Below, one piece after another: positions 1 through 9,388 of a stretch of 41,427 nucleotides of DNA (the stretch's first letter is position 1; every line of letters starts with the position of its first letter). The position numbers were made by a program, and so were the translations under genes. The notes beneath the pieces are model-generated. The model searched no databases. It was not told the DNA's origin and saw only the letters and a program-made list of their open reading frames with translations. Source of the stretch: Myxococcota bacterium (GTDB lineage Bacteria; Myxococcota_A; Polyangia; Polyangiales; Sandaracinaceae); contig JAYZQJ010000147.1 of assembly GCA_036149055.1 (NCBI GenBank), positions 1 through 41,427 on the forward strand, in the 5' to 3' direction.

Positions 1-162
<162 letters not shown>

Positions 163-207
163 CGAATCCAGCCGGGCCCGTCTTCTCGAGGCGTCTCGGG
201 TGACAAG

Positions 208-573
208 TAATTTCACGCAAAGACGCAAAGACGCAAAGGGCCGCGGGATGGCGGGTGGCCGGTTGTGGCCGGGCGGTCGGTGGCTCGGCGTGGGTCGGAT
301 GGACGCATGGATGTCTCGCTCAGAGGCTGAGAGTTTTCTGTGTCTCTGCGCCTCTGCGTCTCTGCGAGAGATAAATTGCAGTCCGGTACCCGGCGACCAG
401 CCCCCATCCCGCCGCCGCCCAACCCCCTTTGCGGCTTGGCGGCTTTGCGAGAGTAATTGCCCTCTTCGATGTCTCTGCGAGCGATGAAGTTGCAGTCCGG
501 TACCCGGCGGCGAGGCCCCATCCCGCCGCCACCCAGCCCTTTGCGGCTTTGCGTCTTTGCGAGAGTAATTGCC
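208..573. repeat. Composite intergenic repeat element: (ACGCAAAG)x3 arm, two ~113-bp direct repeats and a terminal inverted arm (REP/MITE-like)
   Basis: 215-238 is ACGCAAAG x3. 358-461 and 471-573 are near-identical copies. The reverse complement of 208-240 (CCCTTTGCGTCTTTGCGTCTTTGCGTGAAATTA) matches 537-569 (CCCTTTGCGGCTTTGCGTCTTTGCGAGAGTAAT). Confidence 0.75.
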
Positions 574-586
574 TCCCGAAGCTGCC

Positions 587-1429
587 TCAATCGAGGCGGG
601 AGAGGACGCTGGCGAGGGCTTCGGGCCAGGGGAGGAGGGGGCCTACGGCGGCTTCGGTCTTCGAGATGTCGAGCACGCTGTAGGGCGGGCGCTTCGCGGG
701 GCGGGGGAACTCCTCGCTGGTGCACGGGTCGACGACGCAGGTGGGGTCGGCGTGCTGCGCGATCGCCTTCGCGAAGTCGTACCAGGTGCACTCGCCGCCG
801 TCGGTGCCGTGGAAGGTGCCGCGGTGGCCGCCCTCGAGGAGGGCGAGCGAGGTGCGGGCGAGGTGCTCGGCGCTCGTCGGCCGGCCGCGCTGGTCGTTCA
901 CGACCTTCAGGCGGTCGCGCTCCTTCGCGTACTTCGCGATGGTCTTCACGAAGTTCTGTCCCCACGGCGCGTAGAGCCAGCTCGTGCGGATGATCAGGTG
1001 TGGGCCGTCGGAGCGCTCGACGTGCGCCTCGCCGACCCGCTTGCTCCGCCCGTAGGCGTTGATCGGGTCGGTCGGGTGGTCGACCGGGTAGGGCGCGGTG
1101 CCCTGACCGTCGAACACGTAGTCGGTCGAGTAGTGGACCAGGGGCGCGCCGACCTCGTCGCAGCGGGCGACGAGCAGCCCGACGCCCTCGCCGTTGACCT
1201 TCGTCGCCAGCGCCTCGTGCTCCTCGGCGCCGTCGACGTTGGTGTAGGCGGAGCAGTTGATCACCGCGCGGGTCTCGCCGTCGACGAAGCGCGCGATCGA
1301 CGCCGCGTCGGTGATGTCGAGCTCGGGCTCGGTCGCGGGGCGGGCCGGGATCTTGCGCTCCTCGAGGAGCCGCATCCAGGCCGTGCCGAGCATGCCGTCG
1401 GCGCCGAAGACCACGATGGGGTGGGTCAC
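587..1429 (-). CDS. rfbD: dTDP-4-dehydrorhamnose reductase (RmlD)
   Basis: Motifs GADGMLG, NCSAYTNVDGAE, HYSTDYVFDG, YGRSK and VVNDQRGRPT. GTG start at 1429 overlaps the rfbC stop (GTGA), with a GGAGG SD upstream. Confidence 0.95.
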   Translation of the reverse strand: MTHPIVVFGADGMLGTAWMRLLEERKIPARPATEPELDITDAASIARFVDGETRAVINCSAYTNVDGAEEHEALATKVNGEGVGLLVARCDEVGAPLVHYSTDYVFDGQGTAPYPVDHPTDPINAYGRSKRVGEAHVERSDGPHLIIRTSWLYAPWGQNFVKTIAKYAKERDRLKVVNDQRGRPTSAEHLARTSLALLEGGHRGTFHGTDGGECTWYDFAKAIAQHADPTCVVDPCTSEEFPRPAKRPPYSVLDISKTEAAVGPLLPWPEALASVLSRLD

Positions 1430-1989
1430 GCGCCCTCCCATCGGGGCAGGCGATCTTCGGGGATGTCCTTCAGGCGCTGGGCCGCGCGGTCCTTGTCGGA
1501 GAGCTTCGGCGCGTCGATCGGCCAGTCGATGCCGAGGTCCGGGTCGTCCCAGAGCACGCTGAGCTCGTGCTCGGGCGCGTAGATCGCCGTGCACTTGTAG
1601 ACGAAGGTCGCCGGCGCGTCGCCGAGGACGCAGAAGCCGTGCGCGAAGCCGGGCGGGATCCAGAGCTGGTTCTTGCGCTCGGCGTCGAGCACCTCGCTCA
1701 CGTGCCGGCCGAAGGTCGGCGAGCCGACGCGCACGTCCACCGCGACGTCGAGCACGCGACCCTCCACCACCGAGACCAGCTTGCCCTGGCCGTTCGGGTG
1801 CTGGAGGTGCAGGCCCCGCAGGATCCCGGGCGCCGAGCGGGACATGTTGTCCTGCACGAACGGCCCGGTGACGCCGCGGTCCGCGTAGCGCTCCGCCTGG
1901 AACGTCTCGACGAAGAAGCCTCGCGCGTCGCCGAAGACCTTCGGCTGGATGCGCAGGACGCCCGGGAGATCGCTCTCGAAGACCTCCAT
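1426..1989 (-). CDS. rfbC: dTDP-4-dehydrorhamnose 3,5-epimerase (RmlC)
   Basis: Motifs FGDARGFFVE, QDNMSRS, LRGLHLQ, DVAVDVRVGSPTFG and IPPGFAHGF. ATG at 1989. Confidence 0.96.
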   Translation of the reverse strand: MEVFESDLPGVLRIQPKVFGDARGFFVETFQAERYADRGVTGPFVQDNMSRSAPGILRGLHLQHPNGQGKLVSVVEGRVLDVAVDVRVGSPTFGRHVSEVLDAERKNQLWIPPGFAHGFCVLGDAPATFVYKCTAIYAPEHELSVLWDDPDLGIDWPIDAPKLSDKDRAAQRLKDIPEDRLPRWEGA

Positions 1990-1990
1990 G

Positions 1991-2875
1991 TCAGCGGCTC
2001 TCACCCTTCGCGAGGTCCGCGAGGTACTGCCCGTAGGCCGTCTTCATCAGCGGCTCGGCCAGGCCCATGAGCTGCTTCTCGTCGATCCAGCGCTTGCGGA
2101 ACGCGACCTCCTCCGGGCAGGCGACCTGCAGGCCCTGGCGGGTCTCGATCGTCTGGATGAAGTTCGCGGCCTGGAGCAGCGCCTCGGGGGTGCCGGTGTC
2201 GAGCCAGGCGACGCCGCGGCCGAGCTTCTCGAGCCGGAGGTCGCCGGTCTCGAGGTACTTGCGGTTGAGGTCGGTGATCTCGAGCTCCCCGCGGGGCGAG
2301 GGCTTCAGCGCCTTGGCGTACTCGACCACCCTGGCGTCGTAGAAGTAGAGGCCGGCCACCGCGTAGTGGCTGCGCGGCTTCTCCGGCTTCTCCTCGAGGC
2401 CGATCACGGTGCCCGACTCGTCGAACTCGGCGACGCCGTAGGCGCTCGGGTTCTTCACCCAGTAGCCGAAGACGGTCGCGCCGCTCTCGTGCTTGGCGAC
2501 GTCCTCCATCAGGCCCTGCATGCCGTGGCCGTAGAAGAGGTTGTCACCCAGGACCAGCGCGCAGGGATCGCCGGCGATGAACTCCTCGCCGATGAGGAAG
2601 GCCTGCGCGAGCCCGTCGGGGCTGGGCTGCACGGCGTATTCGATCTTCATGCCCCACTGCGACCCGTCGCCGAGCAGGTTCGCGAACGCGTCGCGGTCCT
2701 GTGGGGTCGTGATGACCAGGACCTCGCGGATGTTCGCGAGCATCAGCGTGGTCAGCGGGTAGTAGATCATCGGCTTGTCGTAGACCGGCATCAGCTGCTT
2801 GCTGACGCTCTTGGTCAGCGGGTGCAGCCGGGTGCCGGAGCCGCCCGCCAGGATGATTCCCTTTTGCACGCCCAT
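1991..2875 (-). CDS. rfbA: Glucose-1-phosphate thymidylyltransferase (RmlA)
   Basis: Motifs [47 protein letters not shown] and WLDTGT. The ATG overlaps the rfbB stop (TGATG). Confidence 0.97.
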   Translation of the reverse strand: MGVQKGIILAGGSGTRLHPLTKSVSKQLMPVYDKPMIYYPLTTLMLANIREVLVITTPQDRDAFANLLGDGSQWGMKIEYAVQPSPDGLAQAFLIGEEFIAGDPCALVLGDNLFYGHGMQGLMEDVAKHESGATVFGYWVKNPSAYGVAEFDESGTVIGLEEKPEKPRSHYAVAGLYFYDARVVEYAKALKPSPRGELEITDLNRKYLETGDLRLEKLGRGVAWLDTGTPEALLQAANFIQTIETRQGLQVACPEEVAFRKRWIDEKQLMGLAEPLMKTAYGQYLADLAKGESR

Positions 2876-3933
2876 CAGCTCGCCTCCCGATCGCCGTAGT
2901 TGGCTTCGATCCAGTCCTTGTAGGCCCCGCTCCGTACGTCGCGAACCCACTCCTCGTTCTGCAGGTACCAGCGGACCGTCTTGCGCATGCCCGTCTCGAA
3001 GGTCTCCGCCGGGGTCCAGCCGAGGTCCTTCTCGATCTTCGAGGCGTCGATCGCGTAGCGCATGTCGTGGCCCGGGCGGTCCTTCACGAACTCCTTGAGC
3101 CCGAGCAGCTCCGCCGGGTCGGCGCCGGTCTCCTCCGCCACCAGCTGGCAGATGCGGTCGACCACGTCGATGTTCATCACCTCGTTGTGGCCGCCGATGT
3201 TGTAGGTCTCGCCGGTGGCCCCCTCCTGGATGACCTTCCAGATGGCCTCGCAGTGGTCGGTCACGTAGAGCCAGTCGCGGACGTTCTCGCCGGTCCCGTA
3301 GATGGGCAGCTTCTTCCGCTCCACCGCGTTCAGGATCATCAGCGGGATGAGCTTCTCGGGGAACTGCAGCGGCCCGTAGTTGTTGCTGCAGTTGGTGAGC
3401 TTGAACGGCAGCCCGTAGGTGCGGCCCCAGGCGCGGACGAGGTGGTCGCTCGCCGCCTTGCTGGCCGAGTAGGGGCTCGACGGGTCGTAGCGCGTCTCCT
3501 CGGTGAACATCCCGGTCGCGCCGAGCGAGCCGTAGACCTCGTCGGTGCTCACGTGGTGGAAGAGCTTGCCGTCGGTCTTGCCGCCCCAGTGGCGGCGACA
3601 CGCCTCGAGCAGGGTGAAGGTGCCCTCGACGTTGGTCCGGACGAACTCCCCCGGGCCGAGGATGCTGCGGTCGACGTGGCTCTCGGCCGCGAAGTGCACG
3701 ACCAGGTCGGGCGCGTGGGCCTCGAAGAGGCGATCCACCGCCTCCGCGTCGGCGATGTCGACCCGCTCCAGGACGTAGTTGTCGCCCTCCTCGAGCGCGG
3801 CGAGGCTCTTGGGGTTCGCCGCATACGTGAGCTTGTCCACGTTCACGAAGCGGTGCTCCGGGTGACGGGGCACGAGGAGGTTGAGGAAGTTCGCGCCGAT
3901 GAAGCCGGCGCCGCCGGTGACCACGATGTTCAT
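2875..3933 (-). CDS. rfbB: dTDP-glucose 4,6-dehydratase (RmlB)
   Basis: Motifs [55 protein letters not shown]. Confidence 0.97.
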   Translation of the reverse strand: MNIVVTGGAGFIGANFLNLLVPRHPEHRFVNVDKLTYAANPKSLAALEEGDNYVLERVDIADAEAVDRLFEAHAPDLVVHFAAESHVDRSILGPGEFVRTNVEGTFTLLEACRRHWGGKTDGKLFHHVSTDEVYGSLGATGMFTEETRYDPSSPYSASKAASDHLVRAWGRTYGLPFKLTNCSNNYGPLQFPEKLIPLMILNAVERKKLPIYGTGENVRDWLYVTDHCEAIWKVIQEGATGETYNIGGHNEVMNIDVVDRICQLVAEETGADPAELLGLKEFVKDRPGHDMRYAIDASKIEKDLGWTPAETFETGMRKTVRWYLQNEEWVRDVRSGAYKDWIEANYGDREAS

Positions 3934-4109
3934 GTGCTTGCGCCCTTAGGCTCCCGCGCCGAGGCCGAAAGTCGCGGCGGAGGCGCGAATCGATGGGAGG
4001 TGCGGTGAGGAGGTGCGGTGGGGGGTTGGGATCGGTTGCGGGGTGCTATAGCAGCCAGGGCGGGTTGGTACAGCCGTGCCCCACCCCACGCCGAGCTCCG
4101 GCCGGAACC

Positions 4110-5537
4110 ATGCCCGTAGGCGAGCCGAACATCATCGCGTACCTGGCCCTCTTCCTGTGGGCCCCGGTCACCGCCGTGCTCTTCTGGCGCTTCAAGGCGC
4201 CGATGGCGACCATGCTGAGCCTGCTCGGGGGCGCGATGTTCCTCCCCGAGCAGACCGCGATCGACCCGCCGCTCCTGCCGCCGATCGACAAGGAGTCCGC
4301 GGCCGCCTTCTACTGCCTCATCGGCTGCCTGCTGAAGGACCGACGCCGCCTCGCCGAGGCCCGGCCGCTCCGGGGCATCGAGTGGCTCTTCGTCGTCGTC
4401 CTGGTCGGCAACGTCGGCACCGCCCTGACCAACCCGGATCCGATCATCACCGGCCCGGTCGTGCGCGAGGGCCTCGTGCTCTACGACGCGCTCGCGCTGA
4501 GCATCAAGGACACCCTCTCGCTCTACCTGCCCTTCTTCCTCGCCCGCGCGATGCTGCGGACGTCGAAGGATCTGCGGGACTTCATGCGGGTGCTGGTGAC
4601 CGGTGGCCTGATCTACAGCTTCCTGGCGCTCATCGAGATCCGCCTGAGCCCGCAGCTCCACAACTGGATCTACGGGTTCCACCAGATGGACTTCAGCATG
4701 ACCATGCGGTTCGGTGGCTACCGGCCGATGATCTTCATGCTGACCGGCCTGGCCACCGCGATGTTCATCCTCGGCACCGCGATCGCCGCCGCCGTCCGCT
4801 GGCGCGCCGGGATGAGCAAGCCGTGGGCGATGCTCTGGCTCTCCTTCATTCTCCTGCTCTGCAAGAGCACCGGCGCGATCATCTACGCGGTCTTCGTGAT
4901 CCCGCTCGCCGCCTACGTGAAGAAGCCGCGCATGTGGCTGCCCCTCGGCCTCGCGGTGATGGTCATCTCCTTCCCGCTGCTCCGCGGCACCGACATCTTC
5001 CCCACCGACACCCTGGTCGAGTGGGCCCACAACATCTCCGAGGAGCGGGCGCTCTCGCTCTGGTTCCGCTTCGACCAGGAGGACCAGCTCCTCGAGCGGG
5101 CCCGCGAGCGCATGATCTTCGGCTGGGGCCTCTACAGCCGGAACCGCGTCTTCGACCCCGAGACCGGCGAGGACCTCTCGATCACCGACGGCGACTGGAT
5201 GATTCAGTTCGGGACCCGCGGGGTGGTCGGGTTCGTCGCCCTCTACGGCATGCTGGTGTTCGCGATCTTCGTCGCCCAGCGGCGCCTGAAACGCATCCCG
5301 GACCGCCGGGAGCGCCTGCTCCTGAGCGGGCTGGCCCTGATCAGCGCGCTCATCACCGTGGACCTGCTCCCGAACGGCCTGTTCAACTACCTGCCGTTCT
5401 TCTTCGCCGGGGCCCTGGTGGGGCTGGCGGAGGGCATCTCCAAGCGCGCCGATCGCGAGCGACGGCGCCTCCGACGGCAGCGGGCGGCGAAGGGCCGGGA
5501 GAAGCGCACCTCTCTCCAGATGCGGGCCGTCCGTTGA
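4110..5537 (+). CDS. Wzy polymerase / O-antigen-ligase-family polytopic membrane protein
   Basis: About 10-11 hydrophobic segments. Has LLCKSTGA and a periplasmic loop 'SLWFRF...ARERMIFGWG', as in Wzy_C-type proteins. Lies in a polysaccharide locus. Confidence 0.75.
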   Translation: MPVGEPNIIAYLALFLWAPVTAVLFWRFKAPMATMLSLLGGAMFLPEQTAIDPPLLPPIDKESAAAFYCLIGCLLKDRRRLAEARPLRGIEWLFVVVLVGNVGTALTNPDPIITGPVVREGLVLYDALALSIKDTLSLYLPFFLARAMLRTSKDLRDFMRVLVTGGLIYSFLALIEIRLSPQLHNWIYGFHQMDFSMTMRFGGYRPMIFMLTGLATAMFILGTAIAAAVRWRAGMSKPWAMLWLSFILLLCKSTGAIIYAVFVIPLAAYVKKPRMWLPLGLAVMVISFPLLRGTDIFPTDTLVEWAHNISEERALSLWFRFDQEDQLLERARERMIFGWGLYSRNRVFDPETGEDLSITDGDWMIQFGTRGVVGFVALYGMLVFAIFVAQRRLKRIPDRRERLLLSGLALISALITVDLLPNGLFNYLPFFFAGALVGLAEGISKRADRERRRLRRQRAAKGREKRTSLQMRAVR

Positions 5538-5599
5538 GGACGTTCACCTTGAACGCGCCCCCACGGCAGCTATCTGTCCCGTCAACGGATCCGCGAAGG

Positions 5600-6844
5600 A
5601 TGAGCGCACTCAGCCCCAGCACCGAGCCTTCCGTCGCGGCGCACGCCGAGCCGCCGCCGATCGATCGCCGCTACCTGCTGCTGACGTTCATCCCCTGCTA
5701 CGTGGACGACGACGGCGCGCTCTGGCTCGAGCAGCTCTGGCACCGCGACTTCATGCAGCACCTGCGGTACCTCCCGCGGCTGACGCTGGCCGCGCCCCGG
5801 CTCCACGTGAGCGAGGGGCCGGAGGACCTGATGCGGGTCGAGCCGCCCGAGGGCGTCGAGATCGAGCTCTGGCCGCTCCCGCACGTGCAGACCACGCTCT
5901 CGGCGGCCGCCCGGCTCCCCCTGACCGCCGCCCGCCTCTGGAGGGCGATCGGCGAGCACGACATCCTCCACTCCGGCGTCGCCGGCTGGCCGATCCCGAT
6001 CGGCTGGGTGGGCAACGCGGTGGCGATGCTGCGCAAGCGGCCGATCGTGCTGATGGTCGAGTCGGCCCCCTGGCGCCCGAGCACCGGGGAGGAGGGCGTG
6101 AAGGACCACCTCCGGGCGGCGATCACCGAGGCGCTGGCGCGCTTCTTCGTGCGGCGCGCGGACGTCGTCTTCTTCACCCAGCCGAGCTACGAGCGCACCC
6201 TGGCCCGGGACGGACAGCCCGGCGCGCACGTCACCCCGGCCACCTGGATCGACGAGAGCGACATCCTCCCGCGCGAGGTCGCCGAGCAGCGCTGGCGCGA
6301 CAAGGGCGACCGGGTCCGCCTGCTCTTCGCGGGCCGCCTGGTCGCGGCGAAGGGCGTCGATCTGCTGCTCGGCGCGATGCGGGATCTGCACGACCGCGGG
6401 GTGCGGGTCGACGTCGACGTCATCGGGGACGGGCCCCGGCGCGAGCGCTGCGAGGCGGTGGCCGCGCAGGTCCCCGGCCTCCGCATGCTCGACCCGGTGC
6501 CCTACGGCGCGCCGTTCTTCGAGCTGCTCGAGGGCTACCACGGCGTGCTCGTGCCGAGCCTCGGCGACGAGCAGCCGCGCATCGTCTTCGACGCCTACGC
6601 GCGCGCCGTGCCGGTGCTCGCGTCCGACACCGACGGCCTGCGTCCCCACGTGCGCGAGGGCGAGACCGGCTGGCTCTTCGCGCGGGGGGATCGGGCGGCC
6701 CTCGCCGCGGTCCTCGAGCGGGCGGCGAGCGGCGCGGCCGAGCTGCGGCGCATGGGCCTGCGCGCCCTCGGCGAGGCCCAGGGCTTCACCCACCGCGGCA
6801 TGCACCTGTCGCGCTGGCGCATCCTCCACCAGCGCTTCGGCTGA
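5600..6844 (+). CDS. Glycosyltransferase, GT-B fold, family 4
   Basis: Motifs LLFAGRLVAAKGVDLLL, VIGDGP, LVPSLGDEQPRIVFDAYARAVPVLASD and GETGWLF. ATG at 5600 follows GAAGG. Confidence 0.88.
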   Translation: MSALSPSTEPSVAAHAEPPPIDRRYLLLTFIPCYVDDDGALWLEQLWHRDFMQHLRYLPRLTLAAPRLHVSEGPEDLMRVEPPEGVEIELWPLPHVQTTLSAAARLPLTAARLWRAIGEHDILHSGVAGWPIPIGWVGNAVAMLRKRPIVLMVESAPWRPSTGEEGVKDHLRAAITEALARFFVRRADVVFFTQPSYERTLARDGQPGAHVTPATWIDESDILPREVAEQRWRDKGDRVRLLFAGRLVAAKGVDLLLGAMRDLHDRGVRVDVDVIGDGPRRERCEAVAAQVPGLRMLDPVPYGAPFFELLEGYHGVLVPSLGDEQPRIVFDAYARAVPVLASDTDGLRPHVREGETGWLFARGDRAALAAVLERAASGAAELRRMGLRALGEAQGFTHRGMHLSRWRILHQRFG

Positions 6845-6847
6845 CGG

Positions 6848-6886
6848 AAAAGAGACGGCCGACCCGCGGAGCGCGGATCGGCCGTC
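6848..6886 (-). terminator. Probable intrinsic terminator between convergent genes
   Basis: 15-bp stem GACGGCCGACCCGCG / CGCGGATCGGCCGTC. The single mismatch is a G-U pair on the minus-strand RNA. The stem is followed on the minus strand by TCTTTT. Confidence 0.7.
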
Positions 6887-6904
6887 CTCGCGAGCTCGGT
6901 CGCC

Positions 6905-7513
6905 TCAGACGCCGCCGTCGGGCGCTCCGCCACCGTCGGCGGGCGGCGCGGCCATCGGCACGCAGGAGCCCTCGCCGTCGCACTCCTCACCGTCGAAGCA
7001 GTCGCTCGCGGTGTTGCAGTCGCGGAAGCAGATCGCGAGGTCGTCGCGCAGCGTGAAGCAGCGCGAGCCGCTCGGGCAGCCGCCGGTGGTGATGTAGCTG
7101 CTCGTGTCGGGCGGGCAGACGTAGACGCAGGTGCCCATGCTCGGCATCGCCTCGTCCGGGATGCAGACCGGCTGCGAGTCGCCGCCGGAGGCCATGCAGC
7201 TGCCGGCGCCGGGCGGGTCCATGCCGTCGGGGGTGCAGGTGCCGTCGAGCTGATCGGCGTTCTGGGTCGAGCCGTAGAGGCCGCCGTTGCAGCCCACGGT
7301 GCTGGTCGCGGTCTCGGGCGACGCGGCGCACGAGTCGTCGGGCGTGGTGCCCGAGTCGCGCGGGCCGCCGGTGCCCGAGTCGGTCTCCATCATCATGGTG
7401 CCCGAGTCGGGCGTGGGCGTGGTGCCCGAGTCTTCGGGGGTGGTCTCACCACCGTCGCAGCCGAGCGCGGTGATGAGGGCGCAGGCGCAGAGCGCGCCGA
7501 GAGTTCGAGACAT
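6905..7513 (-). CDS. Cys-rich lipoprotein with DSGT-repeat linker
   Basis: AGGAGG SD, lipobox ALGC, four DSGT repeats (GGTGCCCGAGTC x4 at 7346, 7370, 7397 and 7421) and a C-terminal multi-Cys domain. Confidence 0.8.
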   Translation of the reverse strand: MSRTLGALCACALITALGCDGGETTPEDSGTTPTPDSGTMMMETDSGTGGPRDSGTTPDDSCAASPETATSTVGCNGGLYGSTQNADQLDGTCTPDGMDPPGAGSCMASGGDSQPVCIPDEAMPSMGTCVYVCPPDTSSYITTGGCPSGSRCFTLRDDLAICFRDCNTASDCFDGEECDGEGSCVPMAAPPADGGGAPDGGV

Positions 7514-7573
7514 CGTTTCCTCCTGAATGCGGCGCGGACCCTGAAGGCGAGTCACCGGGACGTCAAGCCGCCG

Positions 7574-9295
7574 TCACCGCTCCGCCCCGTCGAGGCGCTT
7601 GGGCTGTCGGAGCACGTAGACCCGCTCGACCGCGGCCGGGAGCCAGGCGTCGACCTCGAGGATCGCGACCGGCTCGTGGTCGTTCAGGGGGGAGAGGGCG
7701 ACGGCGTAGGGCGCCTTCGGGTGGGCGACGAACTGCCGGTTGGGGTCGCGGTTGTCGACCTCGAAGCCGCCCCGGATCTGGGCGCGCGGCACGCCGCGCT
7801 CCTCGAGGAGGGCGACGCCCTCCCAGCGCGCGCGCTGCCAGGCCAGGTAGTCGTGGGTCGCGGCGGTGGCGTAGCCGAGCGCGAGGGCGAGGCCGGCCAG
7901 GGCGACCCATCGGCCGCGGCCCCGTGCCTCTCGCGGCAGCGCGGCGGCCCACACGAGCGCGATCGCGAACGGGAGCTGGAGCAGCAGGTAGCGGTCGAAG
8001 AACGCGCCGTAGACGATCGAGGTGGGGCCGAACGCGATCACGCCCGACAGCAGCAGGAACAGCCACGCCCACGCCGGGACCTCGCCGGTGCGCGGCACCT
8101 GGCTCCGCAGCCCTCGCCAGATCTGCTCCGGCAGCGCCTTCAGCGCCTTGCGGTCGGTGCGCAGCCCCGCCCGGCGCGCGCCGGAGAGCAGCGCGAGCAC
8201 GAAGAAGCCGGCGCCGAGGCCGGCGAGGGTGGTGAGGATGATCCAGAGCTTGGGGGACGCCGGGCCCACCGCCCCCGGCGCGGTGCGCGGGCCCATGCCG
8301 AGGTCGATCCAGACGTTCTCGGTGAGCGGCAGCCCGAGGTCGTTGCCGGCGAGCAGGGCCGCGATCGACGCGCCGAGCACGGGCAGATAGCGGGCGAGGC
8401 GCTCCCGCTTCAGCGCGTCGAACACGGTCAGCGAGAGGGGGAGGGTGAAGAGGCCGAGGTAGACGAGCGAGATCAGCGAGCGCTGCACCGGGGCCCGGAG
8501 CCCGTGGCCGCGCGCGAGGTCGCCGAGCGCCTCCATCAGCTCCCCGGTGCGGAACGCGTAGAGCGAGGGCAGCCCGAGCGTGGCGTCGAGGACCTTCTGG
8601 TAGACGACGAGGCCGCCGATGACGATCGCCGCCGGGACCAGCGCGCCGGTGATCCAGCGCGGCGATCGCGGCCCGTTGCGCAGCAGCGAGACCACCGTCC
8701 ACGCCATCGGCAGCGCGATCCCGAGCTGCCGGTTCAAGGTGGCCCAGAGCGTCAGCAGCGTCGCCACCGCGAGCCACCCGCGGCTGTCCTTCGACTCCGC
8801 GCGCAGCCAGGCCGCCGCCGCCGCGACGATCACCGCGGTGAACGGCACGTCGGTCATGAACGAGAAGGCGAGCCCGAAGTAGAGCGGGTTGACGAGCAGC
8901 AGGGCGGCCCCGACCCCGGCGGTGAACGGCGGCGCCTTCAGCTGGCGCAGCAGCCCGTACATCGCGAGCACCCCGAGCCAGCCCATGACCAGCGTCGAGA
9001 GCCGCAGCGCCTCGTGCGAGAAGCCGGCGGGCGCCGCGAAGAGCCACCCCCAGAGCACGTGCGTGATCAGCGGCATGCTCTGCCAGTCGGTGAACCGCAG
9101 CGCGCCGTCCTCGACGAGCGCGCGGACCGCCGGCGCGTAGCCCCAGTCGTCGTTCAGCGGGAAGTCGCCGCGGAAGTCGACGATCAGCACTGCCGCCCAC
9201 CACGCGGCCGTCAGCGCGCCCAGCGCGGGGGCCTCCGCCGAGAGGCGCCGCGTGGTCGGCGCGCGGGGCGAGGGCGTCTCGGTCGCGTCGGCCAT
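7574..9295 (-). CDS. GT-C fold membrane glycosyltransferase (family 39 / ArnT / PMT-like)
   Basis: N-terminal loop DFPLNDDWGY, then FMTDVPF and FFDRYLL, with many TM segments. An alternative start lies at 9310. Confidence 0.75.
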   Translation of the reverse strand: MADATETPSPRAPTTRRLSAEAPALGALTAAWWAAVLIVDFRGDFPLNDDWGYAPAVRALVEDGALRFTDWQSMPLITHVLWGWLFAAPAGFSHEALRLSTLVMGWLGVLAMYGLLRQLKAPPFTAGVGAALLLVNPLYFGLAFSFMTDVPFTAVIVAAAAAWLRAESKDSRGWLAVATLLTLWATLNRQLGIALPMAWTVVSLLRNGPRSPRWITGALVPAAIVIGGLVVYQKVLDATLGLPSLYAFRTGELMEALGDLARGHGLRAPVQRSLISLVYLGLFTLPLSLTVFDALKRERLARYLPVLGASIAALLAGNDLGLPLTENVWIDLGMGPRTAPGAVGPASPKLWIILTTLAGLGAGFFVLALLSGARRAGLRTDRKALKALPEQIWRGLRSQVPRTGEVPAWAWLFLLLSGVIAFGPTSIVYGAFFDRYLLLQLPFAIALVWAAALPREARGRGRWVALAGLALALGYATAATHDYLAWQRARWEGVALLEERGVPRAQIRGGFEVDNRDPNRQFVAHPKAPYAVALSPLNDHEPVAILEVDAWLPAAVERVYVLRQPKRLDGAER

Positions 9296-9388
9296 CGGCC
9301 CGCGGTCCATCTCACGCCCGCGCCGCCGCGGCAACCCGAGGCCGCTCGCATCTTTCGCATTGCTACCTCCCCCCGCGGGACGTAGGTC

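Noticed and set aside
358..573. Direct repeats as a possible CRISPR array
   Set aside because: Only two ~100-bp units, no unique spacers of regular length, and no cas genes.
200..683. Short ORFs 200-487, 320-532 and 429-683
   Set aside because: Their peptides simply translate the repeat element (TQRRKDAK, LRLCES), and codon usage is atypical.
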